Shown: positions 9,285 through 18,501 of the stretch, piece after piece | Numbering within the stretch: the first letter of the stretch is position 1 | Layout of the letters: each line of letters starts with the position of its first letter | From: an uncultured Eubacteriales bacterium | GTDB taxonomy: Bacteria; Bacillota; Clostridia; Christensenellales; Aristaeellaceae | Assembly (NCBI GenBank): GCA_900550955.1 | Contig: URUF01000005.1 | Span: 116-64,115 of the forward strand | DNA: 64,000 nucleotides | Reading direction: 5' to 3' | Notes under the pieces: model-generated | The model's database searches: none | What the model was told of the DNA's origin: nothing | What the model saw: only the letters and a program-made list of their open reading frames with translations | Made by a program: the position numbers and the translations under genes

Positions 9285-9396
9285 TCAGGCAGGAAAACAG
9301 GAAGGATAAACAGAATCAAATGAATGGGGTGCAAGTTGGACTTTCGTTAGCATGCCCCCGACCAAAGACCATAACCGCATGGAAGGGAGAACGGAA

Positions 9397-10869
9397 ATGC
9401 ACAACTCTCAAGACCTTCAAAAGGTGCTGGAAATTCGTGACGCCATCCTCGGCGGCAACGAAAAGCGCCTCAAGGAACAGCGCGACGCTGGCAAGCTCAC
9501 CGCACGCGAGCGCGTAGAGAAGCTCGCCGATGCGGGCAGCTTCGTGGAGCTGTTCGCCCTGGTAAGCCAAAACGAGGAAGGCGCGGGTGTCATTACGGGG
9601 TATGCTACCATTGAGGAACGTCCCGTATACATCTTCGCGCAGGATTTCACCGTACACGGCGGCGCGATGGGCAAGGCCCAGGCCGCCAAGATTGTAAAGC
9701 TGCTGGATATGGCCCAGAAGACCGGCGCTCCTGTGCTGGCTCTGATGGACAGCGCCGGCGTGCGCATTGACGAGGGCGCCGCCGCCATGAGCGCCTACAG
9801 CGAGATCTATCAGAAGCTGGCCCGCATGAGCGGCGTATGCCCCATCGTCGCGGTGGTGCTGGGCCCCTGCATCGGCGGCGCGGCGCTGGTAACGCAGCTG
9901 GCGGATGTAGCCATCGTTGCCGAGAAGGTAGGCCAGCTGATGGTGTTTGGCCCGCAGGTGATGGCCGCTATGAACGGCCTGGCTGTGAAGCCCGAGGAGC
10001 TTGGCGGCGCGAAGGTGGCCGCTGGGATGGGCGCTTGCGCGCTGACCGCCGCAACTGAGGACGAGGCATTGCTCAAGGCCAAGCAGGTACTGGCGCTGCT
10101 GCCCTCCAGCAACCTTGAGGACAGCGAGATCATTGATACCGACGATATGAGCCGCCTGCTTCCGGCGATTGACCCCTCCGATGTGGATGGCCTGGTAGCC
10201 GCTTTGGCGGACAATGCTTCCGCCATCGAGCTGTATGCCGCGTATGAGTCTGCCGTGCGCGTGTTCCTGGCCCGCATGGGCGGCCGCACCGTGGGCCTTG
10301 TGGCCGCCAGCGGCAAGCTGAGCGCGGGCGCGCTTCAGAAGGCCGCGCGCTTTGTGCGCTTCATGGATTGCTACAACATCCCGGTGGTAAGCCTGCTTAA
10401 CACCTGCGGCGTGGAAGTGAACGGCGTAAAGGAGCAGGGGTGGCTGTTCAAGGCCCAGAGCCAGCTGCTTTACGCTTACGCCGAGGCGACCACCGCCAAG
10501 CTGGCCGTTGTGACCGGCGATGCGATCGGCCAGGCCTATGTGGCCATGGGCGGCAAGGCCAATGCCGACGTAACCTACGCCTGGCCCGGCGCTGTGATTT
10601 CCGCCCTGACGCCGGAGGCCGCCGTGGCCGTGCTGTATGTCGGCGATGTGAAGGCCGATAAGGCGTTGAGCGTAGAAGACGCCCGCGCCAAGTATGCCGG
10701 CAAGTATGTTGAGGAAGTAGCCGGTGCGGTAAACGCCGCTAAGGCCGGTATGGTGGATGATATCATCGATCCCGCCAAGACCCGCGCGATGCTGATTTCC
10801 GCCATGGAAATGCTGGCTTCCAAGCGCGATTCCAACCCGCCCAAGAAGCATGGCAACCTGCCGATGTAA
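9397..10869 (+). CDS. mmdA: Methylmalonyl-CoA decarboxylase alpha subunit / 12S-type acyl-CoA carboxyltransferase
   Basis: Carboxyl_trans family hallmarks (GKLTARERVEKL..GSFVE..FAQDFTVHGGAMG..GPCIGGAA..AWP.A). GGAAGGGAGAA RBS before the ATG at 9397. Confidence 0.85.
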   Translation: MHNSQDLQKVLEIRDAILGGNEKRLKEQRDAGKLTARERVEKLADAGSFVELFALVSQNEEGAGVITGYATIEERPVYIFAQDFTVHGGAMGKAQAAKIVKLLDMAQKTGAPVLALMDSAGVRIDEGAAAMSAYSEIYQKLARMSGVCPIVAVVLGPCIGGAALVTQLADVAIVAEKVGQLMVFGPQVMAAMNGLAVKPEELGGAKVAAGMGACALTAATEDEALLKAKQVLALLPSSNLEDSEIIDTDDMSRLLPAIDPSDVDGLVAALADNASAIELYAAYESAVRVFLARMGGRTVGLVAASGKLSAGALQKAARFVRFMDCYNIPVVSLLNTCGVEVNGVKEQGWLFKAQSQLLYAYAEATTAKLAVVTGDAIGQAYVAMGGKANADVTYAWPGAVISALTPEAAVAVLYVGDVKADKALSVEDARAKYAGKYVEEVAGAVNAAKAGMVDDIIDPAKTRAMLISAMEMLASKRDSNPPKKHGNLPM

Positions 10870-10890
10870 CGCCGAAAGGGAGGAATATCC

Positions 10891-11250
10891 ATGGAGAAAT
10901 TGATCTTCGGCCTTGGCGTTATGCTGATCGGCCTGCTGGTCGTGTTCATCGGCTTGATTATCCTGATTGGCTTTATCAAGATTTTGACGATGGTGACCAC
11001 GCGTTTGGGCGGCGGGAAAAAGCAGAAAGCGCCCGCGCCTGCGCCCGCCGTTGAGCCGGTTAAGGCCCCCGCCGCCGCCCCGGCGCAGCCTGAGGGCGTG
11101 CCTGCGGAGGTAATCGCCGCCATCACCGCCGCTATTGCCAGCGTGTGGCAGAGCGAAACCGGTTTTGTGGTGCGCCATGTAAAGCGTATTACCAACGCGT
11201 CCGTGTGGAACCGCGCCGGCCGCGAGGAACAAACCTACAGCCGCTTTTGA
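10891..11250 (+). CDS. OadG/MmdD-like small membrane subunit of the Na+-translocating decarboxylase
   Basis: N-terminal TM helix (LIFGLGVMLIGLLVVFIGLIILIGF), Pro/Ala-rich linker, conserved C-terminal PAEVIAAITAAIA motif, and its position in the operon. Confidence 0.65.
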   Translation: MEKLIFGLGVMLIGLLVVFIGLIILIGFIKILTMVTTRLGGGKKQKAPAPAPAVEPVKAPAAAPAQPEGVPAEVIAAITAAIASVWQSETGFVVRHVKRITNASVWNRAGREEQTYSRF

Positions 11251-11290
11251 GGATACCGTAAAGCATTCGATATAAGGAGGTTTTCATCCA

Positions 11291-11671
11291 ATGCGTCAGT
11301 TCAATATTACTGTGAATGGTGTTGCTTATTCCGTAGCCGTTGAGGAAGTGAACGGTACCGCCGCTCCCGCTCCTGTGGCTGCTCCCGCTCCCGTGGCCGC
11401 GCCCGCCCCTGTGGCCGCTGCTCCCGCGCCCGCCGCTGCCGCCGCGCCTGTGGCCGGAGGCGAGAAGGTGACCGCTCCCATGCCCGGCACCGTTCTGGAT
11501 GTGAAGGTTTCCCAGGGCGCTTCCGTTAAGAAGGGCGACATCCTGCTGATTCTGGAAGCCATGAAGATGGAAAACGAAATTATGGCGCCCTGCGACGGCA
11601 CGGTGAAGCAGGTTGTTGTGAACAAGGGCGCTTCCGTTAACAGCGGCGACGCGCTGATCGTCATCGGCTGA
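11291..11671 (+). CDS. Biotin carboxyl carrier protein (1.3S-type biotinyl subunit)
   Basis: EAMKMENEI biotinylation motif in a C-terminal biotinyl domain, preceded by an (AP)n linker. Confidence 0.85.
   Translation: MRQFNITVNGVAYSVAVEEVNGTAAPAPVAAPAPVAAPAPVAAAPAPAAAAAPVAGGEKVTAPMPGTVLDVKVSQGASVKKGDILLILEAMKMENEIMAPCDGTVKQVVVNKGASVNSGDALIVIG
11360..11456 (+). repeat. Tandem 18-nt Pro/Ala linker repeat inside the BCCP gene
   Basis: gctcccgctcctgtggct / gctcccgctcccgtggcc / gcgcccgcccctgtggcc, then a degenerate continuation. Encodes (APAPVA)3 followed by [12 protein letters not shown]. Confidence 0.8.
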
Positions 11672-11726
11672 GATCAACCGCGGCCTTTCCCGAAATACTG
11701 AAAAGAAAGCGAGTTGATATCAAACC

Positions 11727-13181
11727 ATGAACATTGGCGAGAGCTTGTTGAAACTTTGCATGGATTCGGGTATCTATGCGCTGTTGAGCGACCCTAAGCC
11801 GCTGATCATGATTGCCATTGCGTGCGTGCTTTTGTATCTGGCGATCGTGAAAAAGTATGAGCCGCTGCTGCTGATGCCCATCGCCTTCGGCATGCTGCTG
11901 ACCAACCTGCCTATTGCGGGCATGTACCATGAGGAGCTGTTCGCCGGCGGCCATGCCAACTGGAGCCTGTTTGGCGGCGGGATCCTGTTTAACTCATCCG
12001 CGCTTGTGAATGCGGCGCAGTACTCCATCACCGCGGAGGGCGCTATTTTGGATGCGGCGGGCAATATGCTGGGCCACATTGTGGACACCCTTAGCGGCAC
12101 GGCCTTTGCCTTTAACGCCTCCGGCGCTGTTATGGCGGATGGCGCTGTGTTTGCGGATTCCGTACAGGTAATTATGAACTCCGCGGGCGCGTATATCTCG
12201 GGTGGCCAGGTGTACAGCGTCGCCGGAACCCTGCTGGCGACCGCCGGGCAAACCATTACCCCCGGCCTGCTGGACTACCTTTATCTGGGCGTAAAGCTGG
12301 GTATCTATCCCTGCCTGATCTTCCTGGGCGTGGGCTGCATGACCGACTTTGGCCCCCTGATTGCCAATCCCAAGAGCCTTTTGCTGGGCGCTGCCGCGCA
12401 GCTGGGTATTTTCATCACCTTTATTGTGTGCTACACGGTGATGGGCTTCACCCCGCAGGAGGCGGCCTCCACCGGCATCATTGGCGGCGCGGACGGCCCC
12501 ACGGCCATCTACCTCACCGGCAAGCTGGCCCCGCACCTGCTTGGGCCTATCGCCGTGGCCGCATACAGCTACATGGCGCTGGTGCCTGTAATCCAGCCTC
12601 CCATCATGCGCGCTTTGACGACCAAGAAGGAGCGCGAGATTGTGATGGAGCAGCTCAGGCCCGTTACCAAGCGCGAGAAGATCATTTTCCCCATCGCGGT
12701 AACGATCATCGTAAGCCTGCTGCTGCCCTCTGCCGCGCCCCTGGTCGGCTGCCTGATGCTGGGCAACCTGTTCCGTGAGAGCGGCGTTGTGGATCGCCTG
12801 AACAAGACGGCGCAGAACGAGCTAATGAACATTGTGACCATCTTCCTGGGCACCACCGTTGGCGCGACCGCTACGGCGCAAACCTTCCTGCAGCCCAAGA
12901 CGCTGGGCATTATCGTGGTAGGCGTAGTCGCGTTCGGCTGCGGCACCGCAGGCGGCCTGCTGCTGGCCAAGCTCATGAACAAGCTGACCGGCGGCAAGAT
13001 CAACCCGCTGATTGGCTCCGCCGGTGTGAGCGCCGTGCCTATGGCCGCGCGCGTGAGCCAGGTGGAGGGCCAAAAGGCCAATCCGTCCAACTTCCTGCTC
13101 ATGCATGCCATGGGCCCCAACGTGGCGGGCGTTATCGGCTCTGCCATCGCGGCCGGTATCCTGCTGAGCATGTTCGGCTAA
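11727..13181 (+). CDS. Na+-translocating decarboxylase beta subunit (OadB/MmdB/GcdB family)
   Basis: Polytopic 484-aa protein with conserved [22 protein letters not shown] and [14 protein letters not shown] segments. Confidence 0.85.
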   Translation: MNIGESLLKLCMDSGIYALLSDPKPLIMIAIACVLLYLAIVKKYEPLLLMPIAFGMLLTNLPIAGMYHEELFAGGHANWSLFGGGILFNSSALVNAAQYSITAEGAILDAAGNMLGHIVDTLSGTAFAFNASGAVMADGAVFADSVQVIMNSAGAYISGGQVYSVAGTLLATAGQTITPGLLDYLYLGVKLGIYPCLIFLGVGCMTDFGPLIANPKSLLLGAAAQLGIFITFIVCYTVMGFTPQEAASTGIIGGADGPTAIYLTGKLAPHLLGPIAVAAYSYMALVPVIQPPIMRALTTKKEREIVMEQLRPVTKREKIIFPIAVTIIVSLLLPSAAPLVGCLMLGNLFRESGVVDRLNKTAQNELMNIVTIFLGTTVGATATAQTFLQPKTLGIIVVGVVAFGCGTAGGLLLAKLMNKLTGGKINPLIGSAGVSAVPMAARVSQVEGQKANPSNFLLMHAMGPNVAGVIGSAIAAGILLSMFG

Positions 13182-13202
13182 TCGTTTAGAGAGGTGAAAA
13201 CA

Positions 13203-14603
13203 ATGCCTAAGGTTGGAATTACTGATACCATCCTGCGCGACGGCCACCAAAGCCAGGCCGCCACGCGCATGAAGATTTCCCAGATGGAGCCCATGTTTGA
13301 CAAGCTGGACAAGGTGGGCTATTACTCCCTGGAGTGCTGGGGCGGCGCTACCTTTGACAGCTGCCTGCGCTTTTTGAACGAGGATCCCTGGGAGCGCCTG
13401 CGCACCCTGCGCAAGGGCCTGCCCAACACCAAGCTGCAAATGCTTTTGCGCGGCCAGAACATTTTGGGCTATAAGCACTATGCCGACGATGTTGTGGATT
13501 TCTTTGTGAAAAAGAGCATCGAGAACGGCATTGACATCATCCGCTGCTTTGACGCGCTTAACGACCTGCGCAACATGGAAACGGCTGTGAAGGCCACCAA
13601 AAAGTACGGCGGCACGGCCGAGGTGGCCATGAGCTATACCATCAGCCCCGTGCATACGGAGGATTACTTTGTAAAGCTGGCAGCCCAGATTGCCGAGATG
13701 GGCGCTGACCTCATCTGCATCAAGGATATGGCGAACCTGCTGCTGCCTTACAGCGCTTACAGCCTGATTAAGCGCCTGAAGGCGGAAACCAACCTGCCCA
13801 TCGTGCTGCATACCCATGATACCACGGGTACGGGCGCTATGACGCTCTTAAAGGCTGTGGAAGCCGGCGTTGACGTGATTGACACCTGCCTGAGCCCGCT
13901 TGGCAACGGCACCTCCCAGCCTACAACCGAATCCATGGTGGCCACGTTGCAGGGAACCGAACGCGACACCGGCCTTGACCTGAAGTTGCTTACCGAGATC
14001 GCGGCGTATTTCCGCAAGGTGGCGGATGAGCTTACCAAGGAGGGCTGGCGCGATCCCGCGCGCGTGCTTTCCACGGATGCGAACACGCTTCTGTATCAGG
14101 TGCCGGGCGGCATGCTGTCCAACCTGATTGGGCAGCTCAAGCAGGCTAACGCCATGGATAAGTATTACGACGTGCTGGCGGAAGTACCGCGCGTGCGCGA
14201 GGACTTTGGCTATCCGCCGCTGGTAACGCCCACCAGCCAGATCGTTGGCACTCAGGCTGTGATGAACATCCTGGGCGGCGAGCGCTATAAGATGGTCACC
14301 AAGGAATCCAAGGGCCTGCTGCGCGGCGAATACGGCCGTCTGCCCGCTCCCGTGAACGAGGAAGTGCGCAAAAAGTGCATTGGCGACGATAAGGTGATCA
14401 CCCATCGTCCTGCCGATGACATTCCGCCGGAGCTTGAGAAGTACCGCGAGGAGATTCGCGATTACTACCAGCAGGAGGAGGACGTGCTGAGCTACGCCCT
14501 GTTCCCGCAGGTGGCCGTGAAGTACTTCCAGTACCGCCAGGCCAAGCAGCTTCAGGTGGATAGCACCATGCTTGACAAGGAAGAAAACACCATGCCCGTG
14601 TAA
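13203..14603 (+). CDS. Oxaloacetate decarboxylase alpha / 5S-type pyruvate carboxyltransferase subunit (no biotinyl domain)
   Basis: ITDTILRDGHQS, IKDMAN (carbamyl-Lys motif), HTHDTTG, and 467 aa ending without an AMKM motif. GAGGTG RBS before the ATG at 13203. Confidence 0.85.
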   Translation: MPKVGITDTILRDGHQSQAATRMKISQMEPMFDKLDKVGYYSLECWGGATFDSCLRFLNEDPWERLRTLRKGLPNTKLQMLLRGQNILGYKHYADDVVDFFVKKSIENGIDIIRCFDALNDLRNMETAVKATKKYGGTAEVAMSYTISPVHTEDYFVKLAAQIAEMGADLICIKDMANLLLPYSAYSLIKRLKAETNLPIVLHTHDTTGTGAMTLLKAVEAGVDVIDTCLSPLGNGTSQPTTESMVATLQGTERDTGLDLKLLTEIAAYFRKVADELTKEGWRDPARVLSTDANTLLYQVPGGMLSNLIGQLKQANAMDKYYDVLAEVPRVREDFGYPPLVTPTSQIVGTQAVMNILGGERYKMVTKESKGLLRGEYGRLPAPVNEEVRKKCIGDDKVITHRPADDIPPELEKYREEIRDYYQQEEDVLSYALFPQVAVKYFQYRQAKQLQVDSTMLDKEENTMPV

Positions 14604-14617
14604 CGGCATGGCGCGCC

Positions 14618-14653
14618 GGGGCAGCCGCAGAATGAACGGCTGCCCCGTTTTTT
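14618..14653 (+). terminator. Rho-independent terminator of the decarboxylase operon
   Basis: ggggcagccg / cggctgcccc 10-bp stem followed by gtttttt. Confidence 0.8.
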
Positions 14654-14683
14654 GTTGAACTGTTTTTGAAGGGAGAAGAAAGC

Positions 14684-15178
14684 ATGGCGGTACAAATCGT
14701 ATCCGCGAGGCCAGAGCATAGCGAGGGGATTGGCTATGCGCACTATACGGCCTGGGAAGAAACCTACCGAGGGCTAATGCCCGACGGTTTTTTGGATCAG
14801 CGGACGCTGGAAAAGTGCCGCGCGCTTTCCAAGGCTTACCCAGGGCCGAGGCTAGCCGCTATGGATGGCGGGCGGGTGGTAGGCTTTGCCTGCTATGAGC
14901 GGGAGGCGCGAGCATTTACAAAGCGCCCCGGCATGTCCGAGATTTCCGCGCTATATTTGCTTCGCAGCCATCAGGGGCAGGGCAATGGCAGGAGGCTGAT
15001 GGAGGCATGCCTGGCGATGCTGCCCCACAAGGAGATAGTTTTGTATGTGCTCAAGGGCAATGAACGGGCGATTGACTTTTACAAGCATATGGGCTTTTGC
15101 CTGACCGGACGCGAGTTGAAGCAGGAAACCGGCTTTGGAGAGATTGTGGAGTTGGAAATGCTTATGACAAGAGCATAA
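14684..15178 (+). CDS. GNAT-family N-acetyltransferase
   Basis: QGQGNGRRLMEA (Q/RxxGxG/A motif) and NERAIDFYKHMGF. GGGAGAAG RBS before the ATG at 14684. Confidence 0.7.
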   Translation: MAVQIVSARPEHSEGIGYAHYTAWEETYRGLMPDGFLDQRTLEKCRALSKAYPGPRLAAMDGGRVVGFACYEREARAFTKRPGMSEISALYLLRSHQGQGNGRRLMEACLAMLPHKEIVLYVLKGNERAIDFYKHMGFCLTGRELKQETGFGEIVELEMLMTRA

Positions 15179-15211
15179 AAAAACACCCCGCATAGGCGGG
15201 GTATTTATTTT
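15177..15211. terminator. Bidirectional terminator between the GNAT gene and rpmB
   Basis: aaaaaaa-caccccgc-atag-gcggggt-atttatttt. Confidence 0.6.
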
Positions 15212-15229
15212 GTCCAAGTGATCCTCCCA

Positions 15230-15445
15230 TTAGGCCTCAACATTGGACTTGGTGGGCAGCGCGCGCTGCACATTGCCGCTACGCAGGCAACGGGTGCAAA
15301 CATTCAAACGCTTCGCCTGACCATCGACCACAACACGAACGCGCTGTACGTTCGGCGCCCAAATGCGATTGGTCTTGCGGTTAGAGTGGCTAACATTGTG
15401 GCCGCTCATAGAGCCCTTCGCACAAACCTCACAAAACTTGCCCAT
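15230..15445 (-). CDS. rpmB: 50S ribosomal protein L28
   Basis: MGKFCEVCAKGSMSGHNVSHSNRKTNRIWAPNVQRVRV matches the L28 signature. GGAGG RBS present. Confidence 0.9.
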   Translation of the reverse strand: MGKFCEVCAKGSMSGHNVSHSNRKTNRIWAPNVQRVRVVVDGQAKRLNVCTRCLRSGNVQRALPTKSNVEA

Positions 15446-15489
15446 AACTACACCTCCTAACGGGAGTTTGCATTCTTAACAGCTTGTCT

Positions 15490-15518
15490 ATTGTAACACG
15501 GTTTTTGCGGTTTGGCAA
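15490..15518 (-). promoter_or_regulatory. Candidate sigma-A promoter of rpmB
   Basis: On the minus strand: TTGCCA, 17-nt spacer, TACAAT. Confidence 0.5.
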
Positions 15519-15563
15519 GTGCTATTGTCCAATTCCAAAGAAAATTGTGGGGCGCGGCAGGCC

Positions 15564-17372
15564 TTATTTATCATCCATTTTGAGCACGGCCAAAAATGCT
15601 TCGCTGGGCACCTCCACGGTGCCAAACTGGCGCATGCGCTTTTTGCCCTCCTTCTGCTTTTCCAGCAGCTTTTTCTTACGGGTGATATCGCCGCCATAGC
15701 ACTTAGCCAGCACATCCTTGCGCATGGCTTTGACGGTTTCACGGGCGATGACCTTGCCGCCGATGGCCGCTTGGATGGGGATTTCAAACAGCTGGCGCGG
15801 AATGACCTCCTTGAGCTTTTCAGCGATGCTGCGCCCGCGGGCATAGGCCTTGTCCTTGTGCACGATGATGGAAAACGCGTCGCAGATATCGCCGTTCAGC
15901 AGGATATCCAGCTTGACCAGCTCGCTCTCGCGGTAGCCCTTGAGCTCGTAATCAAAGCTGGCATAACCACGGCTGCGGCTTTTCACCTGGTCGAAAAACT
16001 CAAAGATGATTTCGTTAAGCGGAATTTCATAAATCAGCTTTACGCGCTCGCCCTCGTACTGCATATCGATGAATACGCCGCGCTTATCCACGCAGATGTC
16101 CATCATCGCGCCCACAAATTCCTGCGGGGTGTAGATGGTGGCGGTCACGTAGGGCTCCTCCATATGCTCGATTTCGCCCACATTGGGCAGGTTGGAGGGA
16201 TTATCGATGGAAAGCTCTGTGCCGTCGGTTTTGAACACGTGATAGATAACGCTGGGGGCCGTGGTAACCAGGTCCAGGTCAAACTCGCGTTCCAGCCGCT
16301 GCTGGATAATTTCCATGTGCAAAAGCCCCAGGAAGCCGCAGCGGAACCCATAGCCCAGCGCGACGGAGGTTTCGGGGTCAAAGGAGAGGGAAGCGTCGTT
16401 CATGCGCAGCTTTTCCAGCGCGTCGCGCAGGTTATCGTAATCCGCGCCGTCGGCGGGGTAGATGCCGCAAAACACCATGGGCGTTACCTTGCGATAGCCT
16501 GGCAGAGGCTTTTCGGCGGGGCGGGCCGCATCGGTGATGGTATCGCCTACGCGGGTATCGCCAACGTCCTTGATGGAGGCGGAGATGTAGCCTACGTCGC
16601 CGGGATAAAGGGCGGCGCAGGGCGCGTAGCCGGGCCGGAAGGTGCCCACCTCCACGATATCAAACTCGCTGCCGGTCTGCATCAGGCGCATGCGCATGCC
16701 GGGCTTTACGGTACCATGCATCACGCGCACAAAGCAGATGGCGCCCTTGTAATTATCATATAACGCGTCAAAGATCAGGGCTTGCAGGGGCGCGGCTTCA
16801 TCGCCCTTGGGAGCGGGAATATGCTTGACGATGGCTTCCAGCACATCCTCGCAATTCTGGCCGGTTTTGGCCGAAATTAGCGGTGCTTCAGAGGCGTCCA
16901 GCCCGATCACATCCTCAATTTCCTGCTTAACCTCCTCGGGCCTAGCGGAAGGCAGGTCGATTTTATTGATAACGGGCACGGTTTCCAAATCGTGCTCCAG
17001 CGCCATATACACATTGGCCAGCGTTTGCGCCTCAATTCCCTGCGTGGCGTCCACCACCAGCAACGCGCCTTCGCACGCGGCCAGCGCGCGGCTAACCTCG
17101 TAGCTGAAATCCACATGGCCGGGGGTGTCGATCAGGTTCAGGGTGTAGGTTTCGCCGTCCTTGGCGGTATATTGCATGCGCACCGCCTTGGATTTGATGG
17201 TGATGCCTCGCTCGCGCTCCAGCTCCATGGAATCCAAAATTTGATCCACCATCTGCCGCTGCTCAAAAACGCCCGTCATTTCCAACAGACGGTCGGCCAG
17301 GGTGCTTTTGCCGTGGTCGATATGGGCGATGATGCAAAAATTGCGGATATGGGAAAGACGGTCCTCGTGCAA
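15564..17372 (-). CDS. lepA: Elongation factor 4 (LepA)
   Basis: [34 protein letters not shown], and the LepA C-terminal domain. TTG start at 17372 lies 5 nt after GGAGGGG. Confidence 0.95.
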   Translation of the reverse strand: MHEDRLSHIRNFCIIAHIDHGKSTLADRLLEMTGVFEQRQMVDQILDSMELERERGITIKSKAVRMQYTAKDGETYTLNLIDTPGHVDFSYEVSRALAACEGALLVVDATQGIEAQTLANVYMALEHDLETVPVINKIDLPSARPEEVKQEIEDVIGLDASEAPLISAKTGQNCEDVLEAIVKHIPAPKGDEAAPLQALIFDALYDNYKGAICFVRVMHGTVKPGMRMRLMQTGSEFDIVEVGTFRPGYAPCAALYPGDVGYISASIKDVGDTRVGDTITDAARPAEKPLPGYRKVTPMVFCGIYPADGADYDNLRDALEKLRMNDASLSFDPETSVALGYGFRCGFLGLLHMEIIQQRLEREFDLDLVTTAPSVIYHVFKTDGTELSIDNPSNLPNVGEIEHMEEPYVTATIYTPQEFVGAMMDICVDKRGVFIDMQYEGERVKLIYEIPLNEIIFEFFDQVKSRSRGYASFDYELKGYRESELVKLDILLNGDICDAFSIIVHKDKAYARGRSIAEKLKEVIPRQLFEIPIQAAIGGKVIARETVKAMRKDVLAKCYGGDITRKKKLLEKQKEGKKRMRQFGTVEVPSEAFLAVLKMDDK

Positions 17373-17408
17373 AAAAACCCCTCCAACTCTACGGAATACG
17401 ACCTTCTT

Positions 17409-17437
17409 ATCATATCGGATTTAGCGGTAAAATGCAA
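17409..17437 (-). promoter_or_regulatory. Candidate sigma-A promoter of lepA
   Basis: On the minus strand: TTGCAT, 17-nt spacer, TATGAT. Confidence 0.5.
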
Positions 17438-17490
17438 GGCGGCAGCGCCGGGCCCGCCCGCAAAAAATGTCGCTTTTCACGGTTTTTGGC

Positions 17491-17519
17491 TTGACAGGCC
17501 CTGCATGGTTTGATATCGT
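17491..17519 (+). promoter_or_regulatory. Candidate promoter of udk
   Basis: TTGACA, 17-nt spacer, TATCGT (weak -10). Confidence 0.35.
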
Positions 17520-17550
17520 ATTAGAAAATACCGAAAGGCGATGGACGGGC

Positions 17551-18174
17551 ATGATCGTAATCGGGATCTGCGGGGCCAGCGGTAGCGGCAAAAGCACGCT
17601 GGCGGAGGAGCTGTGCCAAGCCATAGGCAAGGGCTGTACTGTGATTAACCACGATTGCTATTATCGGGATCATCCCAGCCTTACGTTTGAGGAGCGCTCA
17701 CAGCTCAATTACGATGAACCGGAGATTTTTGACCACGATCTGTTTTTGGAGGATATGAAGCTGCTTTTGGATGGCAAGCCCATCACCCGCAAGCGTTATG
17801 ATTATGCCCAGCATCGCCGCGACGATTCCGATGAGCTGATTTATCCGCCGGATGTGCTGATTATTGAAGGCATCCACGTGTTTTATGACGAGCGGCTTTG
17901 CGAGCTTATGTTTTTAAAGCTGTATATGAGCGTGGAGCCCGATATCTGCCTTTTGCGCCGCATTACGCGCGATATCAACGAGCGCGGACGCAGCATTGAG
18001 AATATTTCCGTGCAGTACTTAACAACGGTAAAGCCCATGTATGACAAGCATATTCGCAACTATATCGAGCTGGCGGACGTGATTGTTGCCCATGGCGGGC
18101 GCAATGCGCGTATTGTGGCGATTTTGGCGGGCTATGTGCGCGACGAGCTGCGCTTGCGCGGGGTGGAGGAGTAA
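17551..18174 (+). CDS. udk: Uridine kinase
   Basis: IGICGASGSGKSTLA P-loop, DCYY, IIEGI, RRITRDINERGR. Start taken at the internal ATG (MIVIGI). Confidence 0.85.
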   Translation: MIVIGICGASGSGKSTLAEELCQAIGKGCTVINHDCYYRDHPSLTFEERSQLNYDEPEIFDHDLFLEDMKLLLDGKPITRKRYDYAQHRRDDSDELIYPPDVLIIEGIHVFYDERLCELMFLKLYMSVEPDICLLRRITRDINERGRSIENISVQYLTTVKPMYDKHIRNYIELADVIVAHGGRNARIVAILAGYVRDELRLRGVEE

Positions 18175-18189
18175 TTCAATCCCATAGCA

Positions 18190-18235
18190 AAACGGCTGCC
18201 ACAGCCCTGGAAGGGCGCTGTGGCAGCCGTTTTGC
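18190..18235 (+). terminator. Rho-independent terminator after udk
   Basis: aacggctgccacagc / gctgtggcagccgtt 15-bp stem followed by ttg. Confidence 0.7.
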
Positions 18236-18501
18236 GGTTAGCGCTTACCAAGCATCCCGGGCAGCCGCAGCGTGGCCCAGGCTGTGGCTGCCGGCAGCGC
18301 AAGGATAAGCCATGGCGTAGGCGTTGATACGCAGCGTTACATCGCTGGCGTCGGCCAGCGGCAGATGAAGCTCTACATAAAGCACGGGCCAGGCTGTGCC
18401 AAATCACGCGTCCGGCACGCCCAGCCCAACAAAGACGGTGTAGAGGATAAGCAGAAGATCGGTTGGCAAGGGAAGATAGCCTCCCTTTGTGAAAGAGGGG
18501 A

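Noticed and set aside
9316-11232. 638-aa ORF on the minus strand.
   Set aside because: It is antisense to mmdA and the OadG-like gene and has the same shadow-ORF composition. The plus-strand genes have clear family motifs and RBSs.
11360-11456. Short tandem repeats that might look like a repeat array.
   Set aside because: The 18-nt units are contiguous with no spacers. They lie inside the BCCP ORF and encode the usual Pro/Ala linker, so this is not a CRISPR or a regulatory repeat.
15519-16763. 414-aa ORF on the plus strand.
   Set aside because: It is antisense to lepA.
18404-18406. In-frame TGA as a selenocysteine codon.
   Set aside because: There is no obvious SECIS-like hairpin immediately downstream and no redox-motif context. 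Decay or two separate tiny ORFs is more likely.
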